Shown: positions 11,841 through 24,541, counted from the first letter of the whole stretch. The stretch is DNA of 63,972 nucleotides, filler included, from Octopus bimaculoides (GCF_001194135.2; 6 parts of 6 records of this genome joined end to end with filler, not necessarily neighbours in it), one strand, 5' to 3'. Made by a program: numbers and translations. Notes: generated from the sequence alone by a model not told the origin.

Positions 11841-11940
11841 NNNNNNNNNNNNNNNNNNNNNNNNNNNNNNNNNNNNNNNNNNNNTTAATTAATTAANNNN
11901 NNNNNNNNNNNNNNNNNNNNNNNNNNNNNNNNNNNNNNNN
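11841..11940. other. Artificial 100-bp join (44 N + TTAATTAATTAA + 44 N)
   Basis: Identical geometry at five places; the 12-mer has stops in all six frames. Confidence 0.95.
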
Positions 11941-11984
<44 letters not shown>

Positions 11985-12160
11985 TATACACACATATTTA
12001 CAAGCATGTGTACACGTGGTTTTCAATTACATGAAGCATGAATACCCCAAATAAAACAGCAACAAAGAAATAATAAAAAATAACATACTTATATTCAGGT
12101 AATAATGAAAAATATATGGTCGAAGGCCGTATTAAATTATTAAGAGTAAAATAATAAGAT

Positions 12161-12197
<37 letters not shown>

Positions 12198-12479
12198 TAA
12201 TAATATTAATAATAATAATGATTTCATTTATTTGCCACAAAGGCGAAGGACGAGGGGATAGTAGCAATAATAGTGTGTTTATTTTAATGGCCTACCAATA
12301 TGTACAGTGATTTTCTTTGCCCTAGGTGTTGGGAAGACACTTAGCAAGAAATGGAAACAAAACTGATATAAGATAATGATAATAATAATAATAATAATGA
12401 TGATGATGATGATGGTGTTGGTTGTTGTGTTGATGATGGTTATGATTTTTTTTTCTTATCTCTGCTTAAATGTATAAAT

Positions 12480-12581
12480 GATCCAACATAGTGATATACA
12501 ATTTTCGACATTTATGTATGTGTGTGTGTGTGTGTATGTACGTATGTGCCTGTATGTTTTATGTATGCATACATACATATA

Positions 12582-12618
<37 letters not shown>

Positions 12619-12638
12619 CTATCGATCCATCTATATAC

Positions 12639-12688
<50 letters not shown>

Positions 12689-12860
12689 ATATACATATAT
12701 ATATACGTACATATATATATATATACATACATATATGTATATATATGTATGTATATATATATGTATATATATATATATATATATCCATACATATATATAC
12801 ATATATATACATATATGTATGTATATATATATATGTACGTATATATGTATGTATATATAA
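12480..12860. repeat. Compound (TA)/(CA)/(TG) microsatellite
   Basis: Visible in sequence; source of the YIYI pseudo-ORFs. Confidence 0.95.
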
Positions 12861-12963
12861 AAGGCACCAAAGTAATCTAAAAGATGAATCCGTGGACTTT
12901 TCTTTATTTTATAGAAAATTCCATGGCTTTGTAAGTTCCAATCCAGGCCAAATATAGCAATGT

Positions 12964-13130
12964 CTACTTGGTATTTGTCAACACTCCGAAGAAACGAAAA
13001 TGGCGAATTTTAACTGCTTTCCTCCTCGATTTAATATCACATTTATTCGAATATTGACTGTAAATGAATTTGTTAATCGATTCCACTTGAACCATATCAA
13101 AATGAACATCATCATCTCTGCTGATGAGAA
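12964..13130 (-). CDS. Possible exon of an unidentified gene
   Basis: Strong acceptor atttttgtttctctaccgattttctcatcag; two frames open for 45-50 codons (e.g. [27 protein letters not shown]...TK*). Confidence 0.2.
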
Positions 13131-13185
13131 AATCGGTAGAGAAACAAAAATATAAAGAAATGAAAATGCCGGGAAAATATTTAAG

Positions 13186-13395
13186 GCGGTGACCTGGCCG
13201 AATCGTTAGCATGCCGGGGGAAAAATGCTTAGCGGCATTTCGTCTGTGTTTTACATTCTGAGTTCAAATTTCGCCGAGGTCGACTTTGCCTTTTATGATT
13301 TGGGTGTCGAGGAACCAGTTGAGCACCGGGGTCAATGTAATCGACTTATCTCCACCCCCGAAATTTCAGGCCTTCTGCCTATAGTAGAAAGGATT
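13186..13395 (+). mobile_element. SINE family B
   Basis: Head, B-box gagttcaaatttc, core and tail. Confidence 0.85.
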
Positions 13396-13479
13396 ATTAT
13401 TTGCTTCCTAAGATCAAATCTAGCTGTGGTCGATTTTGCCTTTCGTTCTCTTAAGGGTACATAATGTAAAAATGCCAAT

Positions 13480-14020
13480 CAAGTACTTTCTTATCATGAA
13501 CCCCAGCACTCATAAGAGCGGAGCTTAATACGGCTTTCATGGCAAAGAGGTGACTGATATTAACAGAATTCTGTACGAAACGCCGGTTCTTGGTAGAATT
13601 CTCTTCGCAGCTATTTTCTTGAACTCATTTACAGCTGAGTGGACGGAAGCAACGTAAAATAAAATGCTTTGCTTAAAAACGTGGCACATCGCTCGGTTCA
13701 GAAATCGAAACTACAAAATTTAAAAGATGTGACTTAGGCTTGTAATGGGCCCTTGAAGTTTAAATCGGTTTCCATTGATATAAATAAATAACTGAGATTG
13801 CAACGCCTTCCCATCGAACGGAACGCCGGTCTCTCGCAATGTTAGATTCCAAGCTATTCCTGTGATTCGATTACAGATGAGTGAGTTGGAGCAAGGTGAA
13901 ATGAAGTTCTTTCCTCAAGAACACAACGCACTGTCCTGTCAGGGAATCGAAACAGCGATCTTGCGACCGTGAGTGCGACACTCCAACCAGTGACACTCCA
14001 ACCAGTGACACTCTAACCAC
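13480..14020 (-). mobile_element. Two fragments of tRNA-derived SINE family E
   Basis: Reverse complement gtggttagagtgtc...gtttcgattccc...gttgtgttcttgaggaaagaacttcatttcacc; related fragment at 59920-60135. Confidence 0.6.
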
Positions 14021-14135
14021 GAAGTTTTCAGACTCAAGTAGTAGGGTTGACAAAATAAAGTACAGTCATGTCTTAGGAACCAATCTAATTGAGTAGACAG
14101 TTCCCATAAAATGTGAGCTCTGGTGCCTACCTTAA

Positions 14136-14167
<32 letters not shown>

Positions 14168-14209
14168 CATCATTATTATTATTATTAGTAGTATTATCAT
14201 AATTGTTGG

Positions 14210-14572
14210 GGGCGGCGAGCTGGCAGAATCGTTAGCACGCTGGACGAAATGCTTTGCGGTATTTCGCTCGTCGCTCCGATCTGAGTTCAATTTCCGCCGA
14301 GGTCGACTTTGTCTTTCATCCTATTGGGGTCGATAAAATAATGAGTAATCGACTCATCTCCTCCCTAAAATTGCTGCCCTTGTGGAAAAATTTGAAACTA
14401 AAGGCGTCAGCTGGCAGGTTCGTAAGCACGCTAGACGAAATGCTTAGCAGTATTTCGCCCGTCGCTCCGTTCGGGGTCGATAAATCAAATACCAGTTGAA
14501 CAGAAGGGTCGATTTAATCGACTCATCCCCTCCCCACTAATTTCAGGCTTTGTGCCTATCGTAGAAAGTATT
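14210..14572 (+). mobile_element. Two tandem SINE family B copies
   Basis: Heads at about 14210 and 14400; the second is internally deleted; (att)n after. Confidence 0.8.
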
Positions 14573-14604
14573 ATTATTGATATTACATTTATTATAATTA
14601 TTAC

Positions 14605-14638
<34 letters not shown>

Positions 14639-14719
14639 GTTGTTGTTGTTGTTGTTGTTGTTATTAATACCCGTATTATTCGTGGTTTTGAGTTTACTTT
14701 TAAAAAAGAATATGAGGAA

Positions 14720-16200
14720 CATTTTAGATAACATATCTAAGTTGCTCGAAGTTTAAGAAAACGTTCATTGTTGACAATAATGCTTATGGTTTTAAAATAT
14801 TCAATGTTAAAAATACGTTCTTGGTTGGCAAAAAGATGTTTATAACGTAACATATTGCTGGTTAACACAAATTGTCCATGGTTAACAAAATCGATAATGG
14901 TTGGCATAAAAATACTCACAAATAAGAAAAAATATTCGTGGTTAATAAAAATGTTCACTGTGAACAAAAATTGTTTATGGTAAACAAAACATTTTCATGG
15001 ATAACACACGTTTGTGGCTAACGAAGCATTTTCATCGCTAAAGAAAATGTTTGCGTTTAAGAAAACATTTTCAGGTTAACAATATTTATGTTAAATGCAC
15101 ATGGCTGACAAAATTCTTCATGGTTACAAAAATATCTATTCTCTTCTAACAGGAAAAGGTTTACGGTTTAGAAAACATTTTTATCATTAACAAAAATATT
15201 AATGACCAACAAAACATATTCACTGTTAACAAAATGTCGATGGTTAACAAAAATTCTATATTGTTAACAGAGATGTTCAAGGGAAGAAAAAACAATTTGA
15301 TTGTTAACAAAAATATTTATGGCTAACAAAACATTTCCATTGTTAACGATAATCTTTTGGTTAGCACAAAAATATTTATGGCGAACGAGTAATTTTTATT
15401 TTTAATAAGAGTGTTTATATGGTTAAGAAAAATGTTTGTTGTTCACAAGAAATATAGCTAACAAAGTGTTTCTGTTGTTTGGTTCAGAAGAAATATTTTT
15501 GTTAAACAAAACATTTTATTGTTAATAGAAATGTTTATGGTTAAGAAAGATTTTTCATGTTATCAAAAATATTTATGGTTAAAAATAATTTTTTATAATT
15601 GAACAGAAATGTTCAAAACTATTAAAATATGTTGAATTTTAGCAGAAAGTATATATGGTTAAATAACTATTTCATTATTAACAGGCATTTTCAGTTAGCA
15701 ACATTATCAAAAGCAGATGCTCATTATTCAAATATATTTTCATTGATAACAAAATGTTTATGTTTAACAGAAATGTTCCGTGTTCAAAAAAACCTGTTCA
15801 TATGTGAGAAAAATGTTGCTTAACAAAAACGTGCAATTGTTAACATAAAAATTTAATGGTAACAAATCTGTTTATTTTTTACCAAATAATGAAAAGTTAA
15901 CACATTTACGCTCACGATTAACAGAAATGTTCTAGGTCAACGGAAACGTTCACAGCTTACAAAACGTTTTAAACCTCAATGAGAAGGCTAAGAAAAATAT
16001 GTTAACCGTTAATTCACGGTTAACAAAACGTGTTCATGGTCAGCAGAAGGGTTCACAGTTTACAAAGATATTGTTGCTTAACAAAAGACAAAATATATAT
16101 AAAGTATGTTTTAAAATGTTCATTTTAAAAATAACTGTTTACGATTGCTAAAAATGTTTATGAAACGAAAACGTTAACGAAAATCATGACGGTTAACAAA
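14720..16200. repeat. Degenerate ~19-21 bp minisatellite (AAAATGTTTATGGTTAACA-like)
   Basis: ggttaacaaaa / tgttaaca motif recurs roughly every 20 bp over 1.5 kb. Confidence 0.75.
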
Positions 16201-16375
16201 ATTATTATCATTGTTATTATTATTATTATTATTATGATTATTATTATCGCATTTATAAATTTTATGTTCATACTCTAATACCGTATTACCTTCATAAAAA
16301 TACTGATGCTGCAGCAGACGAAGAGAAACTTGGAAAATATTCCAAATTTTTGTCCATGTATTTATTTAATTCCTG

Positions 16376-16414
<39 letters not shown>

Positions 16415-16739
16415 CATTATTATTATTATTATTTGTTTAAAAAAGAGGCAACTTGTTTTTGGCTTCTCTTTGATATGTGTAAGAAGTGTATTTTTGAGAA
16501 AGAAACTCTGGGTGAGCGAAAATGTTTTATGTTTGTAAGGACACGTGTATGTATATAATATGCATTGTAAAATATTGTATAAGCTCTCACTATTTACTGT
16601 TCATTATTCTTCATTGATATTTAAACTCGATTATTATCATTATTATCATTATTATCATTATTATTATTATTATTCACAGTTTGAGAAAAACAGAAATATC
16701 CCGACTTTTTCCTTTAAACAATAGGTCGCATCTTTAAAA

Positions 16740-16969
16740 AAAAAAACTCGTATAAAAATGCTCACCGTTAACAATTACGCCAGACAAAATACTTCCTGCC
16801 ATTTTGTCCGTCTTTACGCTCTTTGTTCAAATTCCGACGTGGTCGACTTACCATTTCAACCTTTTGTGGTAAAATAAGTACTAGTTGAACACTGAGATCG
16901 ATATAATCGACTTATCCCCTCCTACGAGATTGCTGGCGTTGTGCCAAAATATGAAACTATTGTTGTTGT
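16740..16969 (+). mobile_element. SINE family B, degenerate
   Basis: gttcaaattcc...gtcgactt...aaataagtactagttgaacactg...gtgccaaaatatgaaac. Confidence 0.7.
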
Positions 16970-16988
16970 TATTATTATTATCATTATT

Positions 16989-17761
16989 TACTTTAAATCT
17001 GCATGTTTGTTACAATCACTCGCCGAGACACACCCAGCATCCTAGGGCAAGTGAAGTATAAGAGATGTTACAGTGCCACTAAAAGCTTGAGGAGGGGAAG
17101 TGGCAGGGGCAGTAGCGAAATATCTTTATGTAATACAACACGTACATTTAAATTGATAGGATTTTTCTGAGGATACGGGCAGTATTTGTCAGCACAATCT
17201 TTTGGATTTCTCTGAGACATGGTTCTCCTGGGATCCTATCTCGATGTTTCTGACATCCCTTTCTTATCATACCAAGGGCACCCACAATAACAGGAACAGT
17301 TCTCGTTTTAAGGTGCCACATCTTTTGTATTTCAATTTCCTGGTCCCTATATTAACTAATTTGTCAAATTCCTTTACAGATATATTTTCAGTGGAAACAC
17401 ATCTATTAGTCTAGAAGTATTTTCTTCCCTGTCTTTAATGACTATGTCTGGTAGATTAGTCTGGATCGTTCTGTCAGTGTTGACTGGAAATCCCAGAGAA
17501 TAATGACATTTTTACCTTCAACGCCTGGCACAGGATGATGTTCATACCAGTAAGCAAGAGTGCTGATTTTCTAGTGTTTACATATTTTCCAATGTAAACA
17601 CTGTGCTACCTTATCGTGGTAATTTTTTTTATTCGTTTAGTGTTAGCACAGGACATCCCGTGACGAGATGGTCTATTGTTTCATCAAATTTAACGCAGAA
17701 TCTGCATTTAGTGTCAGAACCGTCTTGAAGAACCTTAGCATGGTAGTTTTTGGTAAGCAAG
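16989..17761 (-). mobile_element. 5'-truncated R4/Dong-like (RLE) LINE fragment
   Basis: CRFCVKFDETIDHLVTGC zinc knuckle, WDF...PDIVIKD endonuclease motif, VPVIVGALG and RILRKILS end; stops and frameshifts. Confidence 0.85.
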
Positions 17762-17787
17762 ATTATTATTATTATTATTATTATTAT

Positions 17788-17953
17788 AGGAGTGGTTGCG
17801 TGGTAAGTAGCTTGCTTACCAACCACATGGTACCGGGTTCAGTTCCACTGCGTGGCACCTTGGCATGTGTCTTCTACTATAGCCTCGGGCCGACCAAAGC
17901 CTTGTGAGTGGATTTGGTAGACGGAAACTGAAAGAAGCCCGTCGTATATATGC

Positions 17954-17987
<34 letters not shown>

Positions 17988-18405
17988 NNNNNNNNNNNNN
18001 NNNNNNNNNNNNNNNNNNNNNNNNNNNNNNNNNNNNNNNNNNNNNNNNNNNNNNNNNNNNNNNNNNNNNNNNNNNNNNNNNNNNNNNNNNNNNNNNNNNN
18101 NNNNNNNNNNNNNNNNNNNNNNNNNNNNNNNNNNNNNNNNNNNNNNNNNNNNNNNNNNNNNNNNNNNNNNNNNNNNNNNNNNNNNNNNNNNNNNNNNNNN
18201 NNNNNNNNNNNNNNNNNNNNNNNNNNNNNNNNNNNNNNNNNNNNNNNNNNNNNNNNNNCGTGGTAAGTAGCTTGCTTACCAACCACATGGTACCGGGTTC
18301 AGTTCCACTGCGTGGCACCTTGGCATGTGTCTTCTACTATAGCCTCGGGCCGACCAAAGCCTTGTGAGTGGATTTGGTAGACGGAAACTGAAAAAAAAGC
18401 CCGTC

Positions 18406-18451
<46 letters not shown>

Positions 18452-18668
18452 ATATGTTTGTGTCTGTGTTTGTCCCCCCAACATCGCTTGACAACCGATG
18501 CTGGTGTGTTTACGTTCCCGTAACTTAGCTGTTTCGGCAAAATAAACCGATAGAATAAGTACTAGGCTTACAAAGAATAAGTCCTGGGGTCGATTTGCTC
18601 GACTAAAGGCGGTTCTCCAGCATGGCCGCAGTCAAATGACTGAAACAGGTAAAAGAGTAAAGAGTATA
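17788..18668 (+). mobile_element. SINE family A; 5' part appears twice, either side of an N gap
   Basis: About 135 nt identical at ~17799 and 18260, including private variants. Confidence 0.85.
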
Positions 18669-18999
18669 CACTCAACAGATTAGACTGTTGGAAAAGAAAA
18701 TTTCCCAGCATCTGGCTACAACAAGTAACCTTAGATGACAAGAACTCTCCTATGTATCTCGGCCCAGTGGTTAGGGCAGCGGACTCGCGGTCATAGGATC
18801 GCGTAAAAGTGAATGTTGCGTTGGAATACACAAATAATTCAATATATACCAAGAAAGAAAACTCTCACATGGTCATAAGGTGCATAAAAGCACATCATAG
18901 CTACCTCCGCCGCTCGAACTGCCAGATCACGTGATTTCAGCCTGAAAGTTTTCTCCCTTGGTGAATATTGCAGTATTTGTGTGTTACAACACAATTTCC

Positions 19000-19400
19000 A
19001 CTTTTAACTGGTGAATATTTTACCTTTGGATGTTAATACTTCCTTTGTCACTCTACTTATTTTTTTCAACTTTATCATTTCGGATCGAACCATTCATGGA
19101 GTCGATTCTTTACTTTATGTATCACCCATTCTGTCCTTGCCCTCTTTCTTTAACTTTTCGGAAGTATTTCGTACATATTCTGTATCACTTGAAGTAGCAC
19201 TGTATCTGATTATCCTCTTAGTTCAGAATCAATACCTCCTGTGCATTCGAGTCCATTGAGCAGCAGACGTCGCTGGTTTCTCATAGCTATACTTTCTCTA
19301 CATACGCATATGTGATATCGGCCTCTCTCATATCGGTTATGAATGTTCTGTTTTCTTTCTTCCCCTCTTAATGATACAAAGCGCTGAGCCAGAATTTGAG
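19000..19400 (-). mobile_element. Highly decayed RTE-type AP-endonuclease remnant
   Basis: RGRYHICVCRESIAMRNQRRLLLNG loosely resembles the RxGxDxCCxQExRW..ARxLxG N-terminus of RTE endonucleases. Confidence 0.3.
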
Positions 19401-19447
19401 GCGTACAGGCTTCGATTCTGTGTAGCGGCTTGCTGGCCATTTTTATA

Positions 19448-19610
19448 TGCAGCGAGCTGGCAGAATCGTTAGCACACCGGGGGAAATGCTTATCAGAATT
19501 TCGTCCGTCTTTACGTTCTGGGTTCAAATATCGCCGAAATCAACTTCGCCATTCATCTTTTCGGAGATCGATAAAATAGCGCCAGTTGAACACTGGGCTC
19601 GATGTAATCT
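19448..19610 (+). mobile_element. SINE family B (3' degenerate)
   Basis: gcgagctggcagaatcgttagcacaccgggggaaatgc...ggttcaaata. Confidence 0.8.
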
Positions 19611-20149
19611 CCATAAAATCAGTGACATAAAATTCGTTAATCCATAACAATCAGTAACGGATGACTGGATTTCACTTTGGTAAAGAATAAGGAAGTCTGT
19701 GTGACAATTATTCATTATTCATTAGTCATTTCTAATGGTTTCTTATTGAACAGTATTTGATGAAGAAGCTTCAGGAAGTTACTGGATATAATTCCGTACC
19801 AGGTCTTTCCTGGAGTCGCCATTGAAAAAATAATTATAAGCACATATGACACATATTCGTGGTTACGTAGTCATAATGGAGGCTATCGACTATCGACAGG
19901 CTTTTCCTTCTTTCTCCACCTTCTCATCATTCTATCCACAATAACAAACATCATCATCACCACCATCACCCCTAGCCACCCCACACCACCCACATTATCA
20001 TCATTGCCGTCGTCTTCGCCATCATCATCATGACTATCATTTTCACCAGTCAATAAAACAAATTATTATTATTATTATTATTATTATAATTATTATTGTT
20101 GCTATTATTATTATTATCATCATCATCATCATTATTAATATTATTATTA

Positions 20150-20333
20150 AGGCGGTGCGCTGGCAGAATCGTTACGACGCCGAGCAAAACGCTTAGCGGA
20201 ATTTCGTTCGTCTATACGTCCTGAGTTCGAATTCTGCCGAGGTCGACTTTTATCCTTTTGGGGTCTTTTAAATAACTACCTGTAATCGACTTAATCCCTT
20301 CCCCCAAATTTCAGGACTCGCGCCTACAGTAGA

Positions 20334-20370
<37 letters not shown>

Positions 20371-20491
20371 AATAAGGCTGTGAGCTGGGGAAATCGTTAG
20401 GACGTTGGCCAGGATGCTAAGCGGCATTTCGTTCATCTTTAAGTTCAGCGTTCAAATGCCGCCGTGGTAGACTTTGTCTTTCATCCTTTCG
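20150..20491 (+). mobile_element. Two tandem SINE family B copies separated by (att)n
   Basis: Heads at about 20150 and 20374; the second runs into a gap. Confidence 0.85.
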
Positions 20492-20951
20492 NNNNNNNNN
20501 NNNNNNNNNNNNNNNNNNNNNNNNNNNNNNNNNNNNNNNNNNNNNNNNNNNNNNNNNNNNNNNNNNNNNNNNNNNNNNNNNNNNNNNNNNNNNNNNNNNN
20601 NNNNNNNNNNNNNNNNNNNNNNNNNNNNNNNNNNNNNNNNNNNNNNNNNNNNNNNNNNNNNNNNNNNNNNNNNNNNNNNNNNNNNNNNNNNNNNNNNNNN
20701 NNNNNNNNNNNNNNNNNNNNNNNNNNNNNNNNNNNNNNNNNNNNNNNNNNNNNNNNNNNNNNNNNNNNNNNNNNNNNNNNNNNNNNNNNNNNNNNNNNNN
20801 NNNNNNNNNNNNNNNNNNNNNNNNNNNNNNNNNNNNNNNNNNNNNNNNNNNNNNNNNNNNNNNNNNNNNNNNNNNNNNNNNNNNNNNNNNNNNNNNNNNN
20901 NNNNNNNNNNNNNNNNNNNNNNNNNNNNNNNNNNNNNNNNNNNNNNNNNNN

Positions 20952-21236
20952 AGATCGGGCGTTGTGAGTGTTTATTGAGCGAAAACAGCTAAAGCTCCAC
21001 GAGGCTCCGGCAGGGGATGGTGGCGAACCCTGCTGTACTCTTCCACCACAACTTTCTCTCACTCTTGCTTCCTGTTTCTGTTGTGCCTGTAATTCAAAGG
21101 GGCCAGCTTTGTCACACTGTATCACGCTGAATCTCCCCGAGAACTACGTTAAGGGTACACGTGTCTGTGGAGTGCTCAGCCACTTGCACGTTAATTTCGA
21201 CGTCGTAAGCGACGCAGTGCCAACAACAACATTCCA
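20952..21236 (+). mobile_element. tRNA-derived SINE family C (head lost in gap)
   Basis: gggcgttgtgagtgtttattgagcgaaaac...aagggtacacgtgtc...gtgccaacaacaac; matches 31641-32007. Confidence 0.9.
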
Positions 21237-21519
21237 ATAGTATTTTCACTTATGTCTCGTCTACTAGAAATATGCAATGATGACTGCTGTCATGACGACG
21301 CCAATTGAGGAGGAAATACGTGTTCACTGCTGTTTTCTTGTAACCATTATCGAACAAACCTTTCCTTAAATCATGTAAATTTTGGAGTCATATTTATTCT
21401 TGAAATTATCTCCCCTTTTCATTTGGAGTTCATCGCATTTAGCATCAAGTGATTGTTCTACCGTCTCCTGAATCGGAGATAATTTCAATAAATGAATAAT
21501 CTATCTTGTATGATATTTA

Positions 21520-21550
<31 letters not shown>

Positions 21551-21566
21551 GGTATGTATGCATGTC

Positions 21567-21600
<34 letters not shown>

Positions 21601-22444
21601 NNNNNNNNNNNNNNNNNNNNNNNNNNNNNNNNNNNNNNNNNNNNNNNNNNNNNNNNNNNNNNNNNNNNNNNNNNNNNNNNNNNNNNNNNNNNNNNNNNNN
21701 NNNNNNNNNNNNNNNNNNNNNNNNNNNNNNNNNNNNNNNNNNNNNNNNNNNNNNNNNNNNNNNNNNNNNNNNNNNNNNNNNNNNNNNNNNNNNNNNNNNN
21801 NNNNNNNNNNNNNNNNNNNNNNNNNNNNNNNNNNNNNNNNNNNNNNNNNNNNNNNNNNNNNNNNNNNNNNNNNNNNNNNNNNNNNNNNNNNNNNNNNNNN
21901 NNNNNNNNNNNNNNNNNNNNNNNNNNNNNNNNNNNNNNNNNNNNNNNNNNNNNNNNNNNNNNNNNNNNNNNNNNNNNNNNNNNNNNNNNNNNNNNNNNNN
22001 NNNNNNNNNNNNNNNNNNNNNNNNNNNNNNNNNNNNNNNNNNNNNNNNNNNNNNNNNNNNNNNNNNNNNNNNNNNNNNNNNNNNNNNNNNNNNNNNNNNN
22101 NNNNNNNNNNNNNNNNNNNNNNNNNNNNNNNNNNNNNNNNNNNNNNNNNNNNNNNNNNNNNNNNNNNNNNNNNNNNNNNNNNNNNNNNNNNNNNNNNNNN
22201 NNNNNNNNNNNNNNNNNNNNNNNNNNNNNNNNNNNNNNNNNNNNNNNNNNNNNNNNNNNNNNNNNNNNNNNNNNNNNNNNNNNNNNNNNNNNNNNNNNNN
22301 NNNNNNNNNNNNNNNNNNNNNNNNNNNNNNNNNNNNNNNNNNNNNNNNNNNNNNNNNNNNNNNNNNNNNNNNNNNNNNNNNNNNNNNNNNNNNNNNNNNN
22401 NNNNNNNNNNNNNNNNNNNNNNNNNNNNNNNNNNNNNNNNNNNN

Positions 22445-22489
<45 letters not shown>

Positions 22490-23069
22490 AACACACACAC
22501 ATATGGATGTGTACACTCACCATAATTCACAAATAAAAATTACAGCCCAAAACCAACAAACAACTACATAAACGGAACAAAGAATGGGGAATATAGTGTT
22601 AGTTTTTCACTTGAGAAGACTACTTGAAATCCGTATAGCGTCCCGGCGTTTCATGCGTTAGTCCGTTTTCAGGAAGATAAAGAGGAAGGAACATAGAAAG
22701 AGAGGAAGAGAAATAGTGTGGAAGAATAATTTAAAATTAAACAAATTAATTGATTAAAGATTCAGAACGAATGTAAACGGCTATTGTCTAGAGGGTATTG
22801 TAGTCCTTTAGGGCGGGGGAGTCAACAGGGGCGGTCCAGCGGATGCGTCGGTGCACGTATCAGAATGTTTGTGTGCCTGGTATCAAGCATATGGGGAAAT
22901 GTTTGGGTTTATATATGTGTGTAGATGTGTGTGCTTGTGTTAATTTGGTGGAATTGGCGCGTGGAATGAGGTCTATGGGAGATAGCGGTGTATAATTACT
23001 GTGTGAGAAGTGTGAAAGCATGTGTGTGTGAGGTTGTATGAACGTATGTATGTATGTATGTATAGCAGT

Positions 23070-23220
23070 GGAGGCGCAATGGCCCAGTGGTTAGAGAACT
23101 ACGTTAAGGGTACACGGGTCTGCCACTTGCACGTTAATTTCACGAGCAGGATGTTCCGTAGATCGGATCAACTGGAACCCTCGACGTCGTAAGCGACGGA
23201 GTGCCAACAACAACAACAAC
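23070..23220 (+). mobile_element. SINE family C with large internal deletion
   Basis: ggaggcgcaatggcccagtggttag is fused directly to agaactacgttaaggg...gccaacaacaac. Confidence 0.85.
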
Positions 23221-23237
23221 ATGTATGTATGTATGTA

Positions 23238-23291
<54 letters not shown>

Positions 23292-23759
23292 CAAGCATGC
23301 AAGTAAAGAAGTAAAAGTTTTGAGGAAATTAATTATCTAGAGAGTCTGCAGACAACGTTAGCGGGGGGGGGGACTAATTGGGTATGGGAGTGACTCATAC
23401 GATCCAGGCGGATCCCGAAAAGTTCGGATACATTCCCAACCGATCGATATGCCAGCCTGTACTCTGCTGTTTGTAAAGGCGAAATAGAGGAGAACAAGGT
23501 GCCACACGTGAGATACCGTTAGTCATCTAAGCGTCTTCTGGCCACAGGAGAAAATAAATGACAAAGACTCACACTACTGCCAACACAGTAGCAACAACAA
23601 CAATAGCAGTAACAGCTACATCTACAACAAAAGCGACAAAAGTAGCAGCTGGTACAATAACAACGTCAGACTAACACTGCACACAATACAACAGTTCCGT
23701 AGCATCACCATAATCAGGAGCGGCTTTTCGTCTTCAACGAGTCCCCAAGATCACACAGA

Positions 23760-24541
23760 CACACACTTGTGCATGCATCTAATTCCTTTCTATCTCAGTT
23801 TCCTCTGACTCTGAGATCACTTCGTTGTGTGGCAACATCGGAGATGATCTTGTCGTGGGAGTTCGTTGTATCGGGGCGGAGAAAGTGAAGCTGAAACAAA
23901 AAACGCCGGCAGGAGATGAAAGCTGGAAAAGTCAACGGAAAAGTTAGAGACTGCTGGATCAGATACACAACATCATTAACACCTCCTATTACTTCACATA
24001 ATAGACATAAACACGCAATATCCATTGCAAAAACAGAAAAAGAAATAGTGAAAACAACCTCAATAGCCAAACGCTACTCCCGTCATTCAGAAAGAGAAAT
24101 TTAGCAGATCTCCAGCATCAAAATAAATACCCTCCTTTGCTTTCCTTTGTCCTTTCACTGTCGCAATACTCACTGTAGAAAGTGGAGATCGAATTGGTCA
24201 GGAATCATGTCGAAAGTAAAGGTACCCAAATAGATATAAATGCGATAGCTATAGATGAAGCCAAGATTATCAGGCGGCACGCACTGAGAGACATATACAC
24301 CATGTGCACAGCCGGAATCGGGCGCCAAACTGGCATACTCGGTACGGTTTGGATGTCATGGTACGATCTTGCAGGAACCAGACGATATGTCGGAAGAGAT
24401 GGATGTCGGGGGTGGGAAGTAAAAGGTGTGACTTCTGACCAGAGGCCGAATTTATTCAGGCCGACAAGACCGTTATCAGGAATATCGCGCTCTTTAGTAC
24501 TAGAGGGAGACCAGAATGGCATTTTACAAGCACACTGGTAG
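23760..24541. CDS. Two exon-like, non-repetitive GC-richer blocks; strand and product unresolved
   Basis: Plus: acceptors before 23799 and 24179, frame SSDSEITSLCGNIGDDLVVGVRCIGAEK|KVEIELVRNHVESKGTQ... Minus: donor ACA|gtgagt near 24172 and acceptor ctctaac..ttttccag near 23928. Confidence 0.3.

Noticed and set aside
17788-18410. Tandem duplication of a SINE A
   Set aside because: About 135 nt identical including private variants on both sides of a gap; most likely overlapping contig ends.
22641-22675. Hammerhead-like CTGAAAA...GAAACGCC on the minus strand
   Set aside because: Needs about five substitutions to restore the core and stem II.
24205-24522. GPCR TM6 (AFISIWVP), Cys-loop (PESGAK, SGDRIG) or PTB (HALRDI) resemblance
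   Set aside because: Short motifs in different frames and strands with wrong spacing; consistent with chance.
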